Positions 22,620 through 37,201 of a DNA stretch of 64,000 nucleotides are shown in pieces. The notes beneath the pieces are model-generated. The model ran no database searches and was not told the DNA's origin. It saw only the letters and a list, made by a program, of their open reading frames with translations. Origin of the DNA: Chiloscyllium plagiosum (lineage: Eukaryota); contig NC_057718.1 in NCBI RefSeq assembly GCF_004010195.1, forward strand, positions 39,662,635 through 39,726,634. Reading direction: 5' to 3'. A program made the position numbers and the translations under genes. Every line of letters begins with the position of its first letter. Positions within the stretch are counted from its first letter, which is position 1.

Positions 22620-25590
22620 TCAAGAGGGGGAAGGAAAGAGGAATGTAATGATAATAGGTGACAATAAAATGAGGGAATTGACACCATTCTCTGCAGCAAA
22701 GGGAGTCCTGATAGCTGTGTTGCCTGCCTGGTGCTAGGAGGTGGGACATCTGGTCAAGGTTGGAAAGGAACTTGCAGTGGGAGGGAAAGGATCCAATTGT
22801 CATGGTCTATGTAGGTACCAATGACATTGGCCAGAGGAAGAGTTCTGAACCATCAGTATGAGGAACTGGGTGTCAAATTAAGCAGTAGAACCTCCTATGT
22901 CATAATCACTGAATTACTTACTGGGCCATGCACAAATCAGCATGGTGCAAATCAGAGTGATGATTGCATGGCTTAAAGTGTGGTGTGGGTGAAGGGGGTT
23001 CTAGTTCATAGGGCACTGACACCAGTACAGGGGAAAGTGGATGCGTTCCATTGAGACAGTCTCTACCTGAATGGTGCTGGGTCAGTGTTCTTAGTGACTG
23101 CTGAATGAGACAAGTAGAGAGGGTTTTAATCTAGTGTGGGCAAAGGATCAAATTTGAGAATATGTAATAAATCAAAGTAGAGTCAATGCCAAAATGTGTT
23201 AATAAATGAAAGCATACAGACATAAGAAGGAATCTCAGAGTCGACCAACAGATAAGACTAGAATTTACAAACAGGATAGAGGATGAAATTGAAAGTTCTC
23301 AATATGAATACATTGAAAACAAATATGAACATGTGCATGAGAATGCAAATGGAAATGAGAGAGTACAATCTGATACCCATTACAGAAACATATCTATAGG
23401 ATCATGTGGAATGGGACTGACAGAAAACTATGAAAAGGGTGTTGGGTGGCTCTGTTAATTGTTTAGGATATTAGCACAACAGAGAGGAATGATCCAAGTT
23501 CAGGAAACCAAGATGGGGAAACAATTTGGGAGAAAGAAGAAAAGCAAGTAAAGTCACTTGTGGGATTGATGTACAGGCCCCCCAACAGTAATTACACAGT
23601 TGGGTAGGGCACAAAGGAAGAAATGATTAGTGCTTCTGAGAAAGGCACAATTAAGATCATGATACATTTTAGTGTAATAGAGTTTACAGAAGTCATGTGG
23701 ACAAAGATAACTTAGAGTAGGAGTTCATAATGTTTTTAGGATAGTTTCTTAGAACTGTACGTTCTGCAAGTGACGAGAAAGAAGGATATTCTCAACCTGA
23801 TATTGTGCATGGAGATGTGGTTAATTTTACTTTTAAAAATGTAAATGAGATCTTGAAGGCAAAGCTGACTAATGTGAATTGGTAAATGGGGTTAAAAGTT
23901 AGTTGAAGAGAAATGCTTTGGCAGATATATAAGAGGATACTTCAGAAAACAGGTTAGATCCATTCCAACAAGAAAGGAAAATTCAAAGGATTGGAAGCGC
24001 CATATGTGGTTAACTAGAGATGTTAGAAATACTATCAAAATAAAGAGAAAGAACATAATTGTGCAAAGGCATGGCAGGTAAGAACACAAAACACAACAAT
24101 CATCAAAAATTGAAAGAGAAAAATTCAAGGGAAAGCTTGGGAGAAATGTAAAAATATATGTTAATAGTTTCTACAAATACTTAAAAGAAAACAATTAACA
24201 AAGTGAGCATTTGTCCGATAGAAAGGGAGACTGGAGCATTATTGATACAAAATAAGGAATTGGCGATGAATTGGGCAGGTATTTTGCATCAGTCTTTACT
24301 ACAGAGGTTACAATCAACATCTCAGAAGGAGCAGTCCATCAGGAAATGAAAGGGAAGGATATATTCAAAGTTCTCAATCACCAAACTATTGCTACTAAGT
24401 TATTTATTGGAGCCGCAGGCTGATCAGTGCCTCAGGGTCGGCCCCATTAGTTTGGAAGATAGTGAATGTAACTCCCTTCATTTAGAAAGGGAGACTGCAA
24501 CATGAAAGTACAGGCCAGTTCTCCATCATAGGGCAAGTTTTAGCAGGTATTATTAAAGAAGTTACAGCAAGGCATTTGGATAAGTTTAAGGTAACCAGGC
24601 AGTCACCATGATCTTGTGAAATGAAAATCATAACATCATAAGACACAGGATCAGAATTAGGCTAGTCCGCCCATCAAGTAGTTCTGCCATTCGATCACAG
24701 CTGATGTTTCTCAACCCCATTCTCCTGCTTTCACTCTGAAGTTCTTTGATGAAGTAACGTGGAGAAAGCAGAACTAATGGATGAACTGTATTTAGAATTT
24801 CCAGAAGGCATTTGATAATCAAAGGTTATTGCAGTAAAAGCTCATGGTGTAGGGGGTAACATATTGGGTAGACAATTGGCTGGCTAACAGGAAGCAGAGA
24901 GCAGACATAAATGGGTCTTTTTCAGGTTGCCAAGATGTAAGAGTGCTGCACCATAGGGATCAGTGCTGGGACTCAACTGTTTTCAATTAATCTAAACAAT
25001 GTACATGAAAGGATGAATTGCATAGTTTCCAAATTTGATTATGACAAAGATAGGCAGAAAATAAATTGTGAAAAGAGTATAATGGGGCTACAAAAATATG
25101 GAGACAGGTTGAGTGAGTGAGCAAAAATATGGCAAATGTAATATATTGCAGGAAAATGTGAAATCCTCTGACAGGAAGAATAAAAAAAGCTAATTACTTA
25201 AGTTGTGAGAGATTGCATAGCTCTAAGGTGTAGAGAGATGAGAGCGTTTTCATACACAAATTACAAAAGGTTAGTATGTAGGTACATCAGTAATTATGAA
25301 AGCCAATAGAATGTTAAAATTTATTGAGAGGGGAATTGAATACAAAAGTAGAGTGGTTATGCTTCAGTTATACAAGACACAGTTCAAACAGCATACAGGT
25401 ACTGTGCGCAGTATTGGTCATCTTATTTAATGTGTTGGAGGCAGTTCAGCAAAGGTAGGACAGGCTCAGCTTATACCTACTGGAGTTGTTTTGAAGATTA
25501 AGAGGTGACCTAATTGAAATATACAAAATCTTGAGAGGTCTTCGCAGGAGAGGATGTTTCTTCTTACTGAAGAATGTAAAATTAGGGGTT
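22620..25590 (+). mobile_element. Old, degraded long CR1 LINE (ORF1 esterase, endonuclease and RT remnants)
   Basis: CCLPGA and VGTND (SGNH esterase-type ORF1) near 22717-22830, YRPP near 23571, QGSVLG-like and KFDYD RT remnants near 24955-25045; many stops and frameshifts. Confidence 0.7.
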
Positions 25591-25937
25591 ACTGAACAAC
25601 TGTTGTTGGTAACAATTCTGCTATTCTCAGTTACACTATGAGGCTTCTTCTTGTGTTCTTTTAGTTATCCCATTAATTCCTTGTACCATTACATCTTCAA
25701 ATCATATAATCACTCTCATCTTGCAACCCATCTTAAACCGTCCCTATCATTCTTTGTGCCCCAGCTCTGTACTTGCTTTACCTTGTTCAGTTCTAACAAC
25801 ATAACGTGTAACACTGCACAGATGCTACATGGCTTAGAGTATTTCCAACATTTTCTGTTTATATTGAATTTGAAATTCTTCACCTAGTCTATCATAATCT
25901 CTGGATCCTTACAGGACAACTTGGTATATCTATTAGT

Positions 25938-26702
25938 GTCATAGAGTGGTACAGCACGGAAACAGAATCTTCAGTCTAATTCATCCATGCTGATCAGATA
26001 TCCTAAACTAAATCAGTTCCATTTGCTAGCATTTAACCGATATCCCTCTAAACCCTTCCTATTCATATACCCATCCAGATGCCTTTTAAATGTTGTAATT
26101 TTACCTGCCTATACCACTTCCTCCAGCAGCTCATTCCATGCATGCACCACTCTCTGCATGAAAAAGTTGCCCCTTCAGTCTCTCCTAAATCTTTCCCCTC
26201 TCACCTTAAACATATGCCCTCTAGTTCTGGACTCCCCTACCCTGGGAAAAAGATCTTGTATACTCACTCTCTCCATGCCCCTCATGATTTTATAAATCTC
26301 TATAAGGTCACTCCTCAGCCTCCAACGCTCCAGGACAAATAGCCCCAGTCTATTCAGCCTGTCTCTATAGTGTAAACCCTCCAGTCCTAGAAACACTCTT
26401 GTAAATCTTTGCTGAACCCTTTCAAGTTTCATAAAAATTTTCCTATAGCAGGGAGACTAGAATTGAACACAGTATTCCAAAAGTGGCCTAATCAATGTCC
26501 TGGAAGAAAGTGAGGACTGCAGATGCTGGAGATCAGAGCTGAAAATGTGTTGCTAGAAAAGTGCAGCAGGTCAGGCAGCATCCAAGGAGCAGGAGAATCG
26601 ACACGTCGATTCTCCTGCTCCTTGGATGCTGCCTGACCTGCTGCACTTTTCCAGCAACACCTAATCAATGTCCTGTACAGCCACAACATGACTTCCCAAC
26701 TC
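25938..26702 (-). mobile_element. CR1/HER1 3' fragment hosting a nested fold-back PLE element
   Basis: ORF 26175-26432 (KLERVQQRFTR...RLRSDLIE); interrupted at 26502-26660. Confidence 0.85.
26503..26659. mobile_element. Short palindromic Penelope-derived element
   Basis: 16-bp TSD cctaatcaatgtcctg at 26487-26502 and 26660-26675; about 55-bp near-perfect inverted arms centred on aatcgac-ac-gtcgatt. Confidence 0.87.
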
Positions 26703-27479
26703 ATATAGTTGGAAGACACAAGCAAAGTACTGCAGATATTGGACATCTGAAATAAAAAATGCTGAAAAAAAAACTCAGCGAGTAAACAAACTCAGTTGGT
26801 ATTTGTGTAGAGAAAGAGTTAGGATTTTTAGGTCAATAATCTTCAGAACTGAAAAAAGATAGAAATGTTGAGCCAGTGGAAGAGAAAGGGAGCAGGAAGA
26901 ACAATAAGGAAAGCTTGAGATAGGTTGAAGGGTAGTCAAGATTACATAACAAAAGGTCTCATGTACAAAAGCCAAAGAAAGATGTACTGGATATGATAAA
27001 GAAGCAAAAAAGATGTAGCCAGATGAGATTGCATAGTAGCTGAGTGCATGTGAAGGGCCCAAATCAGCAAAATGCAGAACACAATGGATGCAGGGCTTAT
27101 GATATAAAACTGTTGAATTCAATGTTGAATCCAGAAGACTGTGGAGTGCCGACTCAAAAGATGACGTGCTGTTCCCAAGACTTGTATCCAGCTTGATTGG
27201 AAGGTCGGCGGTGGTCATGGACAGAAAGCTCAGAGTGAGTGGAAGGCAGAAATAAAATGACAAACGATAGGAAGCTGTGGACTGAACAGAAGTGTTCCAC
27301 AAATGATTCACCCCGTATGTTTTGTCTTCTCAATGATGTGAAGATACATGAACAAATAAAGTATACTAAATTGGAAGTGATATGAGTAAATTACTGCTTC
27401 ACTAGGATGGAGAGTTTGAGGCCTTGAAATTTGTGAGGGAAAGAGAAAGGGGGTTACTGAGGAATGATAAACAACTAGG

Positions 27480-29995
27480 ATTCATTGAATGATTTTACAG
27501 TGAAGTCACCCTAGGTTTCAACAATCATAATGATTCAATTTTAATTTAGTTCCAGGGAGAGAGAAGTGGGTTCAGGACTGCCACTTTAAACTTAAACTTC
27601 TGTAGGAAAGCAGAACTTGCAAAAATGAACTGGCAAATTGGATTGAAGGACAGGTTCATACAAACAGTTTAGGGGTATTTCAGATACACAGAATCAAATC
27701 CACAGGCAAGGGATAGCCTAAGCATACAGAATAGGCCATTTCAGACTGTGATGAGGAGAAATTTCTTCACCAATAGAGTGGTGAGCCTGTGGAATTCTGT
27801 CATAGAAAGCAGTTGAGACCAAAATACTGAATGTTTTCAAGGAGTTAGATGTAGTCTTTAGGGCAAAAGGGCTCAAAGGATACAGGAGGAAAGAAGGAAT
27901 AGGACATTGAGCTGGATGAACAAATTGAATGCCTCAGCAGGTTCAAAGGGTCGAATGGCCTACTCCTACTCCTTTTTTCCATGTTTCTCTAGATCGATTC
28001 CAACAAGGAAGAAAAATTCCAAAGGGTGAAACAACAAAATGTTAAAGATGATATCAAACATAAATAAAAGGCACACAATTGCACAAAGAAAGGAGCAAGT
28101 AAGAAGATTAGACAGAATATGTTAAAAAAACAAATAACATTAGGTAATGTTAATGCTATGAAGCAAAGAATGACATGAGGCAATGATATTCATTTCAAGA
28201 GCCAAATTCTGCACCATGACAATTTTGAGAGTAAAAAGGCAAAAAGTAAAGCATGAGTGAAAGCTCGCCAGAAATGTAAAAATTGATAGTAAAAGGTTTT
28301 ATTGATGATTAAAAAGGAAAAGAGCTAATAAAATGAAAACGCCCTGTAGAAAGGGAGTCTGCCGCATTAATAATGGAAAATAAGGAGATGGATGATGAAT
28401 TGAACAGATATTCTACATCACTTTAGAGGATACAAGTAACACCCCAAAAATAGCTGTTATTCAAGAGCTGGGTGGGAGGCAGAAACTAAAGAAAACTACA
28501 ATCATCAGGGAAATGGTACTGACCAAATTGGTGGGCTGACCAGTGCCTGGATCCTAATGGACTTTATTTGAGGATCTTGAAACAAGTGGCTAGTGAGATA
28601 GCTGACGCATTAGTTCTAATTTTGCAGATTTCCCTAGATTCTGTCAAGTTCCATTGGGTTGGAAGATAGTGAGTATAATTTCTTTATTCAAAGAGAGAGT
28701 GAGAAAGAAAGCAGAAAACTACAGCACCATTAGCATACCATCTGTCACAGGAGAAACATTTCAAGTTTTTATCAAAGACATTATAGTAGGGCACTTAGAA
28801 AAAAAATCAGGGTAACCATGGAGAGTCAACATGGTTTTTTGAAAGGGAAATATGTTTAAACCAGTTTTTTTGGTTCTTTGAATTAGTAGTGTGTTATGGA
28901 TAAAGATGAACTGGTACATATATGGTTCTCAGATATCTAGAAGGCATTTGATAAGATGCCATGTCAAAGATTAAGAGAAACAGAGATTCATGGTGTAATG
29001 TGTAACATATTGGAAAATGAGAATATTCATTAACCAACAGAGAAGGAGAGTAGGGATAAATAGGTCTTTTTCTGGTTGGAAATATGTACTGAATGCTGAA
29101 CAACATGTATCAGTACTGGGGCCTCAACTCTTTATCCAAATGACTTGGATAAAGCGGCCAAAGTTATACCTGCTAAATTTGCTGATGACACAAAGATAGG
29201 TAGAAAAGTAAGTTATTAAGATGACATAGGGAAACTATAACAAATACAGATAGGTTACATAAGCAGACAAAGATCTGGCAAATGGAATGTCATGTGGGAA
29301 AATGTGAAATTTTGGCAGTAGAATAAAATAGCATATTATATGAATTGTGAAATACTGCAATACTCTGAGCTGCAGAGAGATCTGGGTGTCTTAGTTTATG
29401 AATTGCAAAAGGTTGGTATGAAGGTACAGCAATTGATTAGCAAAGTTAGTAGAATGTTATAATTTATTGCAAGGGCAATTGAATTCAAAAGTAGGGATAT
29501 CACACTCCAGAGCAATAGCGAGACTACATCAAGAGTACTTCTATTTAAGGAAAATGTAAATGAGTAGCAGTCCAAAGATGTTTTATTTGATTAATACCTG
29601 GAATGGTAGTTTTGCCTTATGAGAAAAGGTTAGACAGGCTATTTGCTGGAGTTTAGAAGAGGAAGAGGCAACTTGGTTCAAATTTCTAAGATCCTGAGGG
29701 GACACGACATGTGGATGAAAAGAGGTTTTCTTTTGTGGGAGAATGTGTTTACTGTTTTAAAAGTAAAAGGCCGTCCGTTTAAGAAAGAATTGAGAAGAAA
29801 TATTTTCTCTCCAAGGGATGCTTTTGGTACACTTTTTCTCAAAAGGCATTGGAAGCAGAGGTGGATAGACTCTTAGTAAGTAAGGTGGTGGTAGGTTATC
29901 TGGAATAGACAGGAATGTGGAGTTAAGGTTAAAATCAGACCTGATCTTGTGAAGTAGTGGAGCAGGCTCCAAGGGCCAATTGGGCTCCTGCTCTT
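27480..29995 (+). mobile_element. Old degraded CR1 LINE ORF2, with another CR1 3' fragment nested at about 27705-27988
   Basis: Remnants PGPNG (near 28546), SQHGF (28824), KAFDK (28940), SVLGPQL (29109) and KFADDT (29176). Confidence 0.7.
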
Positions 29996-31199
29996 ATGCT
30001 GCGTGATCAGGTCAAGAAGGAAGTATAGCCTTTGGAATACTGAAAAGGGAGGGAAAATGAAGATTCATTTTACAATGGCATTACTGGGGGCAGCAGCAAA
30101 TAATTCATTGAAGACAGAAGCTGCTGGGTGCAGGGTGGGGATAGGGGAAATTCCGTCATGATTCTGTAAGGGAGAGGAAAAGGCAAGAATGAAATACAGC
30201 CCTTACCAGAGGGTAGGTATGGGTAAGTGTAGGGAAGATAGCTTTGGGAGGCTTGAGGTGAGCAGCTGAAGTCCAGGAAAGGAAGCAAAAATTAATTTCT
30301 CAGTATGGATAATTTTCTACAACTAACAATTCAAAAACCAGTCTGATGCAGATAAGCATTAGGACTATTATGAAACTGAGAAAAACACATTGTAAAACCT
30401 CATTGTAGAACATGTTAATGCAACAATAGTTTGTATTTCATGTCAATAAAATGGCAAAGTTTGCAACATGTAACTTCATTTTCATAGCCTCTTTAACATA
30501 GTAAAGGATACGGGGGTGCTTCACAAAAATGCTGTCCAACTGAATTTGACACTGTGCCACAAATGATTATGGACAAATGACCATAATCAGGGTAAGGAAA
30601 CTTCATTTTTAGGACAGTCTAAAAGGAGATGAGAGAGCTGGAAATGGAGTGCCTTCAGGAGAGCATTATTAGCAATACTTCATGGTACCTGAAGGCGTGA
30701 TCCCCAATAGTGGTGTTTTAAGGAAATTTGAGACACATATCAGTCCAGAATTGGAAGAACACAGGATTAGAGGTGAGGAGTGTTGAGGCTACAGAAGGAC
30801 TTGAACAGAATGTTTAGAATTTTACATTCACGCCACTGTAAACTGGGTTCCAACATAGTTCATCAAGCACAGGCCTGATTAGATGAACAGGAGTTGGTTT
30901 GAGTTAAGCAGCAAGAAGCAGAATTTTGCACGAGTTACAATTTATGAAGGATGGCAGAAAGAGTTCAGTTGGAAAGCACTAGAGTCTTGAGACTAACAGT
31001 GACATGGATATAGGTTTCAGAAGCAGATTGTCTGAGGCAAGGGTGAAATTGGGCAATATTGCAGAAAAGAAAGTAGACAATATTGGCAATGGAAATGATA
31101 TAGCTTCGGTCAATTCAGCCAGGTTGCAAATAGACTGGATCAGCTTAAGAAAAGCAAACAAGAGTCGAATTTCCTGTGACTAACAGGAAATAGAACGTG

Positions 31200-33179
31200 G
31201 GGCAGAATCAATATTGAGGTATGGTTTTATTTCATCATCTTTCTGTTAGTAACAAGAGACAGCCTCTTTAACTGGGTCATTTTAAATTTTTCCACATGAA
31301 AATAAAATGTATTTAAAGAATTCATGTTTTTAAAACTTAAAGTAAGATCTGTTGCACATTACACATCATAGATGACAGAAGTCCACATTACCTGTTAAAA
31401 AGGAAAATGGTTCTTAACCCAAATTCTTTTTGTTCTTTCAGGATAGCTGGTATCTTGTTGCATGAGCTGCAAATGTTGTACTGCACAAATGTTTTGACTC
31501 CTAATGATCACATTATATTAGAATGGTGTGTTTTGCATCTTCAGTCACGTCTGCTGCTTATGCTATAATTTGCTTATATGGGTCAGATTAAAGACATAGA
31601 ACATTTCTTTTTCAGAACATCTTCACAAAGTAAGTACAAATACATTTTCCACATCTTTTGTATGGTGAAACAAGTTGCAAAGAAAGAAAACTGGCATAAA
31701 CAAAGTAACAGGAAATGTGAAAATTATAAAAGAACAGACTTATGCTATATCACATCCAAATGATTTGAAAAAGTATTTCCTCTAAAGAATTGTAAATGAA
31801 ATAAAACTTGTGCCATGTTCCAATCATTTCAAGTTTGTTTTAATATTGTGCACCAGTGAAATGTACTCCTGTATTTTGCATTGAACTCCTCTCAATGTAC
31901 ATCAAGGGGGAGGTTCAAGTACAACTTTCCAAGCATCTTCTAAGGCAACAAAATCAATGCCATTCTGAAATACAACCGCCAAAGAAGCTACAGCACAGAA
32001 TATTTACAATCCAAAGCTTCAATCGGATGCTGCTGTATGTTTATGCAACCATACAAAGATTGAGTTCACCTTATAATCAGGGTTCCAGATCTGATCACAA
32101 CTTGTACATTGACAGATTTTCATTACTTTTCTAAATCTCCACAAGAGTGCAGGCAGGATCAATTGCTAATATTACAGTAATTACAACATAAAATACAACT
32201 GCACAATTAACCTACATGGTTAATTTGATACAAAACAAGTATTAAATGTACGAGTACTAGTGGTTTTACATAGTACCTCACTAGTTATAAAGGAAAAAAA
32301 TCCTTTAATTGGTGGAGGCCTAACATAATTAAAATGCTGCACATTACAGGTATATTGTCCTGGAATAAATACAAGAAATCTGGTAAACTTTTCAGCACAG
32401 ATGATTACAGTGGGATAGGAAATCATACATTTAACATGTGAGCAGTACCATTTAATTATACAAATTGGAAAGTGAACTTGATAGATGCTTGTAGCTCCAT
32501 ACAGCACAAAAGGAAAAGAAGAGGACCATCTTCCTTAAAGATGAATGTCAATTCCTGAGACAAAATTCCCCAAAAGCTGTTTTGTGCTATCAGTTGAAAT
32601 ATCATGTGGAGGGATGAAAACTGGGCACCTAGATAACACAGGTAAAAAGGTCATAATGGCTTTTTTTCGATGGGTTTACTGGAAAGGGGAAAGCTTTAAC
32701 TCCCATTTCAACGAAGTCAAAAATCTTATTTTATCTGACATCCAGACATGTGGTTAGTGTTAAAGAACTTCAAAAGCTCAAATACACTTCTTGGTACATT
32801 AACATGGGTATTTCTGTACATAAATCAGGACACTACTATACAATACCTGTAGATGCTAGGTATTACTCTTTATTGTACAACTATATGAACATTAGCTGTG
32901 ACAAGGCTCAATATACTTACCTGTACATGTGGAAATAAGATCACAATTATTTAAAGCTAATTCACAACAAGCCATACAGACCTGGGTTTTACAATTCAGA
33001 ATCACAATGTATATAACCTTATTGCGACGGAAATTTCTAACCGTTTAATTTATTTGGGTATGAGGACATGGGGTCAGTGACCAAACTCACACACATTAGC
33101 AATAATACCAGTACATTCGAGAGTGAACTGTACATCACACAAAAAAAAACTTCCCTGATCCCATAATTACAATTTCTCT
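31200..33179 (-). other. MARK1: Probable long AU-rich MARK1 3' UTR
   Basis: About 2 kb without recognisable repeats after the stop. Minus-strand AATAAA at 32869-32874 and 31226-31231; Pumilio-type TGTAAATA at 32002-32009. Confidence 0.55.
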
Positions 33180-33534
33180 TTACAACTTTAGCTCATTTGC
33201 AATTTTGGATGCAATGTTCTTGAATGCTATAGATGTTCCAGATATTCGCTTAAAGCGAACACCATTTAGAGACAAACGTGGCAGCTTGCAGACCTCCATT
33301 TCCCATTGAACCAAGTTGTCCTGCCGAGCATCTCCATGAACGCAGAACAAAAGGAACCTTTCTCTTTGCTCATAGTCACAGTTGTTAGCGTCCAGCACCT
33401 TTCGAATCTCTCGCATCATATCATTGGGATCCATTGAACTGGTTGTCTTCATGCTCCATGTGAACCTCAAAGATCTTGGTTTTGCATCTTTGTTGTCATC
33501 CCTTTCTCTGTCCTTTGCTTCTCCTGCCATATTT
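33180..33534 (-). CDS. MARK1: MAP/microtubule affinity-regulating kinase 1, last coding exon (KA1 domain)
   Basis: tttcag acceptor. Encodes ...[104 protein letters not shown] and HGDARQD fit MARK1 better than MARK3 (DPGD, HGDGHAE). Confidence 0.93.
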
Positions 33535-35999
33535 CTGAAAATAAATGTAGACCATGCAGTCATTCAAGATTAGAGAAACTATATTTAGTTTCTTTGGCTC
33601 CTTTTATAGCCATGAATCCATCATATTTCAAAATCTATTTAAGGTTGTAAATTCAACGCAAATCTCAGAAACTACTTGTGATTTCTTAATGAGGTATTTT
33701 TGCATCATCTACACTATCAGCAATTTCTAGTTAAAGCAGTACCTTTTAATTTAAATAATTTCCAGCTAACACATTTGAGATTGTTTAGCTGTCTTCCAAA
33801 CTTCTTTTCTCCAAATTTCTCATTAAAAAAACTGATACCATATAGCTTGGGCAAAAATATTGAATGGTACTGCAGTTTGCCTGTGGATAGACTAAAGATT
33901 AATATTTCAATCATTTCTATAATCTGTAGTAGATGTTTAATATTAGTTTTTGAAATCTGGTACTGCTACTCGTGGTCTTTGCTAGAGTAATGTCAAATTT
34001 AGATTTATCGGAGGATACACCTCTACAGCACATTTAAGAATTCACTAAAAATTAATTTAGTACTGTAGAGACAGTAGACTGACACTGGAAATAAATCAGT
34101 AAAATAGATTAGTTTTACTGAAGTCCTGTATTGCAACTACTAGCAGTTATTTTTCAAATTTACTTTTAAAACAATAGTTCATCATTTTGGTCTAATCATG
34201 AGGTTATATAACAAATAAATGGCTTCCAGCTTCAGCATGCATAAAAGGACAATTAACAATCAAACATACAGAGAAAATCTGTTTTTCATTGTTTTTAAAC
34301 TCCTTCCCAAAATGTTCTATACTTTATCCACATGATTCTTCCTGAGAGGGAAGATTCAGGAAATGGGTACACTTTCTTAAGTGATGAAATAGTGAATCAG
34401 CATGATCCTCATAATCAGGAATATTGTAACTATTTTAGTAGCATTTCCTGGGCTTCAATGAAGAACTAAGATCTTTTTAACTCACCTCTACTATCTCGGT
34501 GAATTGCACCACACTATGAAAATGGAAACATTGACTAATCATAATTAATCAATCTCCATTAATCTACAACAGACCCCCAACCCACCACCCACTTTCCATT
34601 TCTTAGTGCTAGACCAGCTTTGCTGGAGGGGGAGAAAGAGAGCGCAAGAGAGCAAAACTTAGTAGCTTCATTATTCCAGTTCTCGGTGTCCAACTGGAGT
34701 GACATGTCAGAAATATAAAATCAATAACTAATTGGATCTGATGCAAGAATTATAAGTCCAAAATGCGATTAATTTGCATTGTAAATACGGCAGGAAACTT
34801 CAATGGAGAAGATGATAGCAAAGGTGCAAATTTTCAGTGTTCTCAAGGCATACGGTTGAGTGTTGCAAATCATACAACAATCTGGAGAATCCAAATTAAT
34901 GCATATTCTCTTCGTCACCATAAATGCGCATTACTTTTCCAGCAGTTTCTGCATCAAAGTAATGAGAATATCTCCAAACTATTTTAGGATTTTATAGATG
35001 TATAGAAGTCATATTTTACAAATTAATGTTTCCATTCTCCATCATATTTCAGTTCCATGTGCAGATGAAAAATTCTGTATTAAGTAATCTTTCTGTATTC
35101 ACTGAAAGCCAATCATAAGGTAAACGTATTCCAGGCAAGTGTGTCCTTCGTTGAGTTCTTTGAACCAGAAGGGAGAAATCCTGATTTTAATTTTGAAGCT
35201 GAAATGAATTGTAGACTAATCCAATTGCTGGAAACATGCAAAAACCATTAATAGTTTTAATTAGGGAGTCCATCTCATTCTAAGTTTGTGGCGATTAAAA
35301 GAAAGTTACTTCTTGAATCAAGGATAATATTTTGTTTCAATGAGAAGTCTGTAACAAGAACTACAAAATTATTCTGCTGTATTCCACCTGACTAAAATAA
35401 AGAGATAACACTATTGGAATATCTAAAAATCAACCAACAGCCCAGAGAATTTATGATGAAAACTAGGATAGCAAGATAAAATCTGACATTGTAATAGGAA
35501 TAAAACCAAAGGTAAAGTTGCCCTAGTGCTACCAGACCACACAGCTGCTCTCTCTTATTAGAGAGAAATGACTAATGGTGGTTTAACCTGAGGTTTACCA
35601 TTGCTTCAGGCAAGGAGACAAGTTGGGAAGGAGGATTTTGCATGGTAACCCCAGAGCACATTTTCAGCTCATATCATATTAGTGATCTAACTCACATATT
35701 GAAGGAGTCTTGAGCTTTGTTTTGCACTTAATTGAGGATACTCCAGAGTGAAATCTACTGCTGTACTTGACTCGAATTCCTCCTATTGGAGGTAAAATCT
35801 ATTCATCTGCATAAAAATACAGCAAGCCCCAAAACTAACAGCAGCAATTTGAAGCTAAGGCAGAAACTCGGCAGTCATCCAGCTGTTTAGAACTGCACTC
35901 ACCTGGTGTCATTCATAACTGTCTAGCCATAGCCTGAGAATCACCTGCAGTGAAGTATCTTCCTAGTCCCTCTGGCATATTCCCAAGGAACTATATCTG

Positions 36000-36790
36000 A
36001 CTCTATACTATTTCCCACCTACAGTCAGTCTTGTAGTGACATCATCTGAGCATTTGTATGCTGAGGATACCTCACTACCACCATTCATAACATCGCCACT
36101 GTCTCAAAATTGTCTGATCGGATAACCAGAGATTTCTTTCAAGTCAATATTGGAAAGACCAGAATGAGCCATCATCTTCAGGCACTGCCAGAATCTCCAT
36201 CTCCTAACCACTGATTTCATTTATCTCCCAATTCTGTGTCTGCATAAGACTCTACAACCTTGGTTTCATATTTAACCCAGAGGTGAATTTCCAATCATAC
36301 AGCCATTTTGTTATTAAGACTACTTACTGCCACCTCCATAACATCACCCAACTCTACTCATCTCAGTACAACTATTGCTGAGATCTTCATGTTACCCTAA
36401 AACCTGGCCATTTCAATGCAATTACTACTCAGCTTCCCAGTTTCAAACTCCATAAACTTTAGGTTCATTTGAAACTCTGCTATCCATGTGTGAACTTACA
36501 CCAAGCCTGGTTTACCCATCACCCACGTGTTCTCTGACTTACGATGACTCTGGATTAATCAATGCCTCTATTTTAAAACTGTTATTCATATTTTCAAATG
36601 ATGTGACACGTTCCCATTTCTGTAACCTCTTTCATTCCTAGAACCCTCTGAGGTATTATGCTCCTGGTGATGTTAAGCCTTCGATCATCGACCCTAATCT
36701 CACTTTGTATACTTAAATATCAAATTCTGTTTGATATGACTTCTGTGGCATGCTTTGGGCTTTTAATATATGGAAGGTCCAATATAAATA
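36000..36790 (+). mobile_element. Old L2-like LINE 3' fragment
   Basis: YAED (YADD-like) at 36057 followed by L2-type sequence ('tttaaaactgttattcatattttcaaa'); related fragments at about 600-790 and 40640-40820. Confidence 0.5.
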
Positions 36791-37156
36791 CGAAAGGTGG
36801 TTCTTGGTGGTGCTGTTGGTGGATAGGAAAGTGAACATAGCCTATATTTTCATCCTTCAAAATTAATTTCAAGTTTATGTTCAAATTATATGAACACCAT
36901 ATGTGTTTGCACATTGTTACTCAATTCTGAGCATTACAACTTCAATGGCCTATTACTTTACTGATTTGATTTTTTAGGTTGACCAAATGCAGTTTTGATG
37001 AACTAAAGTATTTTGCAAATATTTTTCAGATTGGATAGGAAAATTGGTTGAATCATAGATTTTCTCCTAAGCTTTTTTGCATTATATCAATTGCCCTTTA
37101 AAGTGTTAACAATCATAGTTACGCACATAAACATCAAGACAATATTACCACCTCAC

Positions 37157-37201
37157 CTTGCAGTGTCAGCTCTGCCACTGCCTTCAACTTCACTTAGGCC
37201 C
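37157..37201 (-). CDS. MARK1: MARK1 45-nt symmetric (phase 2-2) microexon
   Basis: ttttgag acceptor, gtgagg donor. Encodes (R)GLSEVEGSGRADTA(R), alignable to mammalian MARK1 'DPSEGEASGRTDTSR'. Confidence 0.85.

Noticed and set aside
26717..26850. Possible further hammerhead (minus strand CTGAAGA...AAA)
   Set aside because: Stem II and the GAAA core are too degraded to support.
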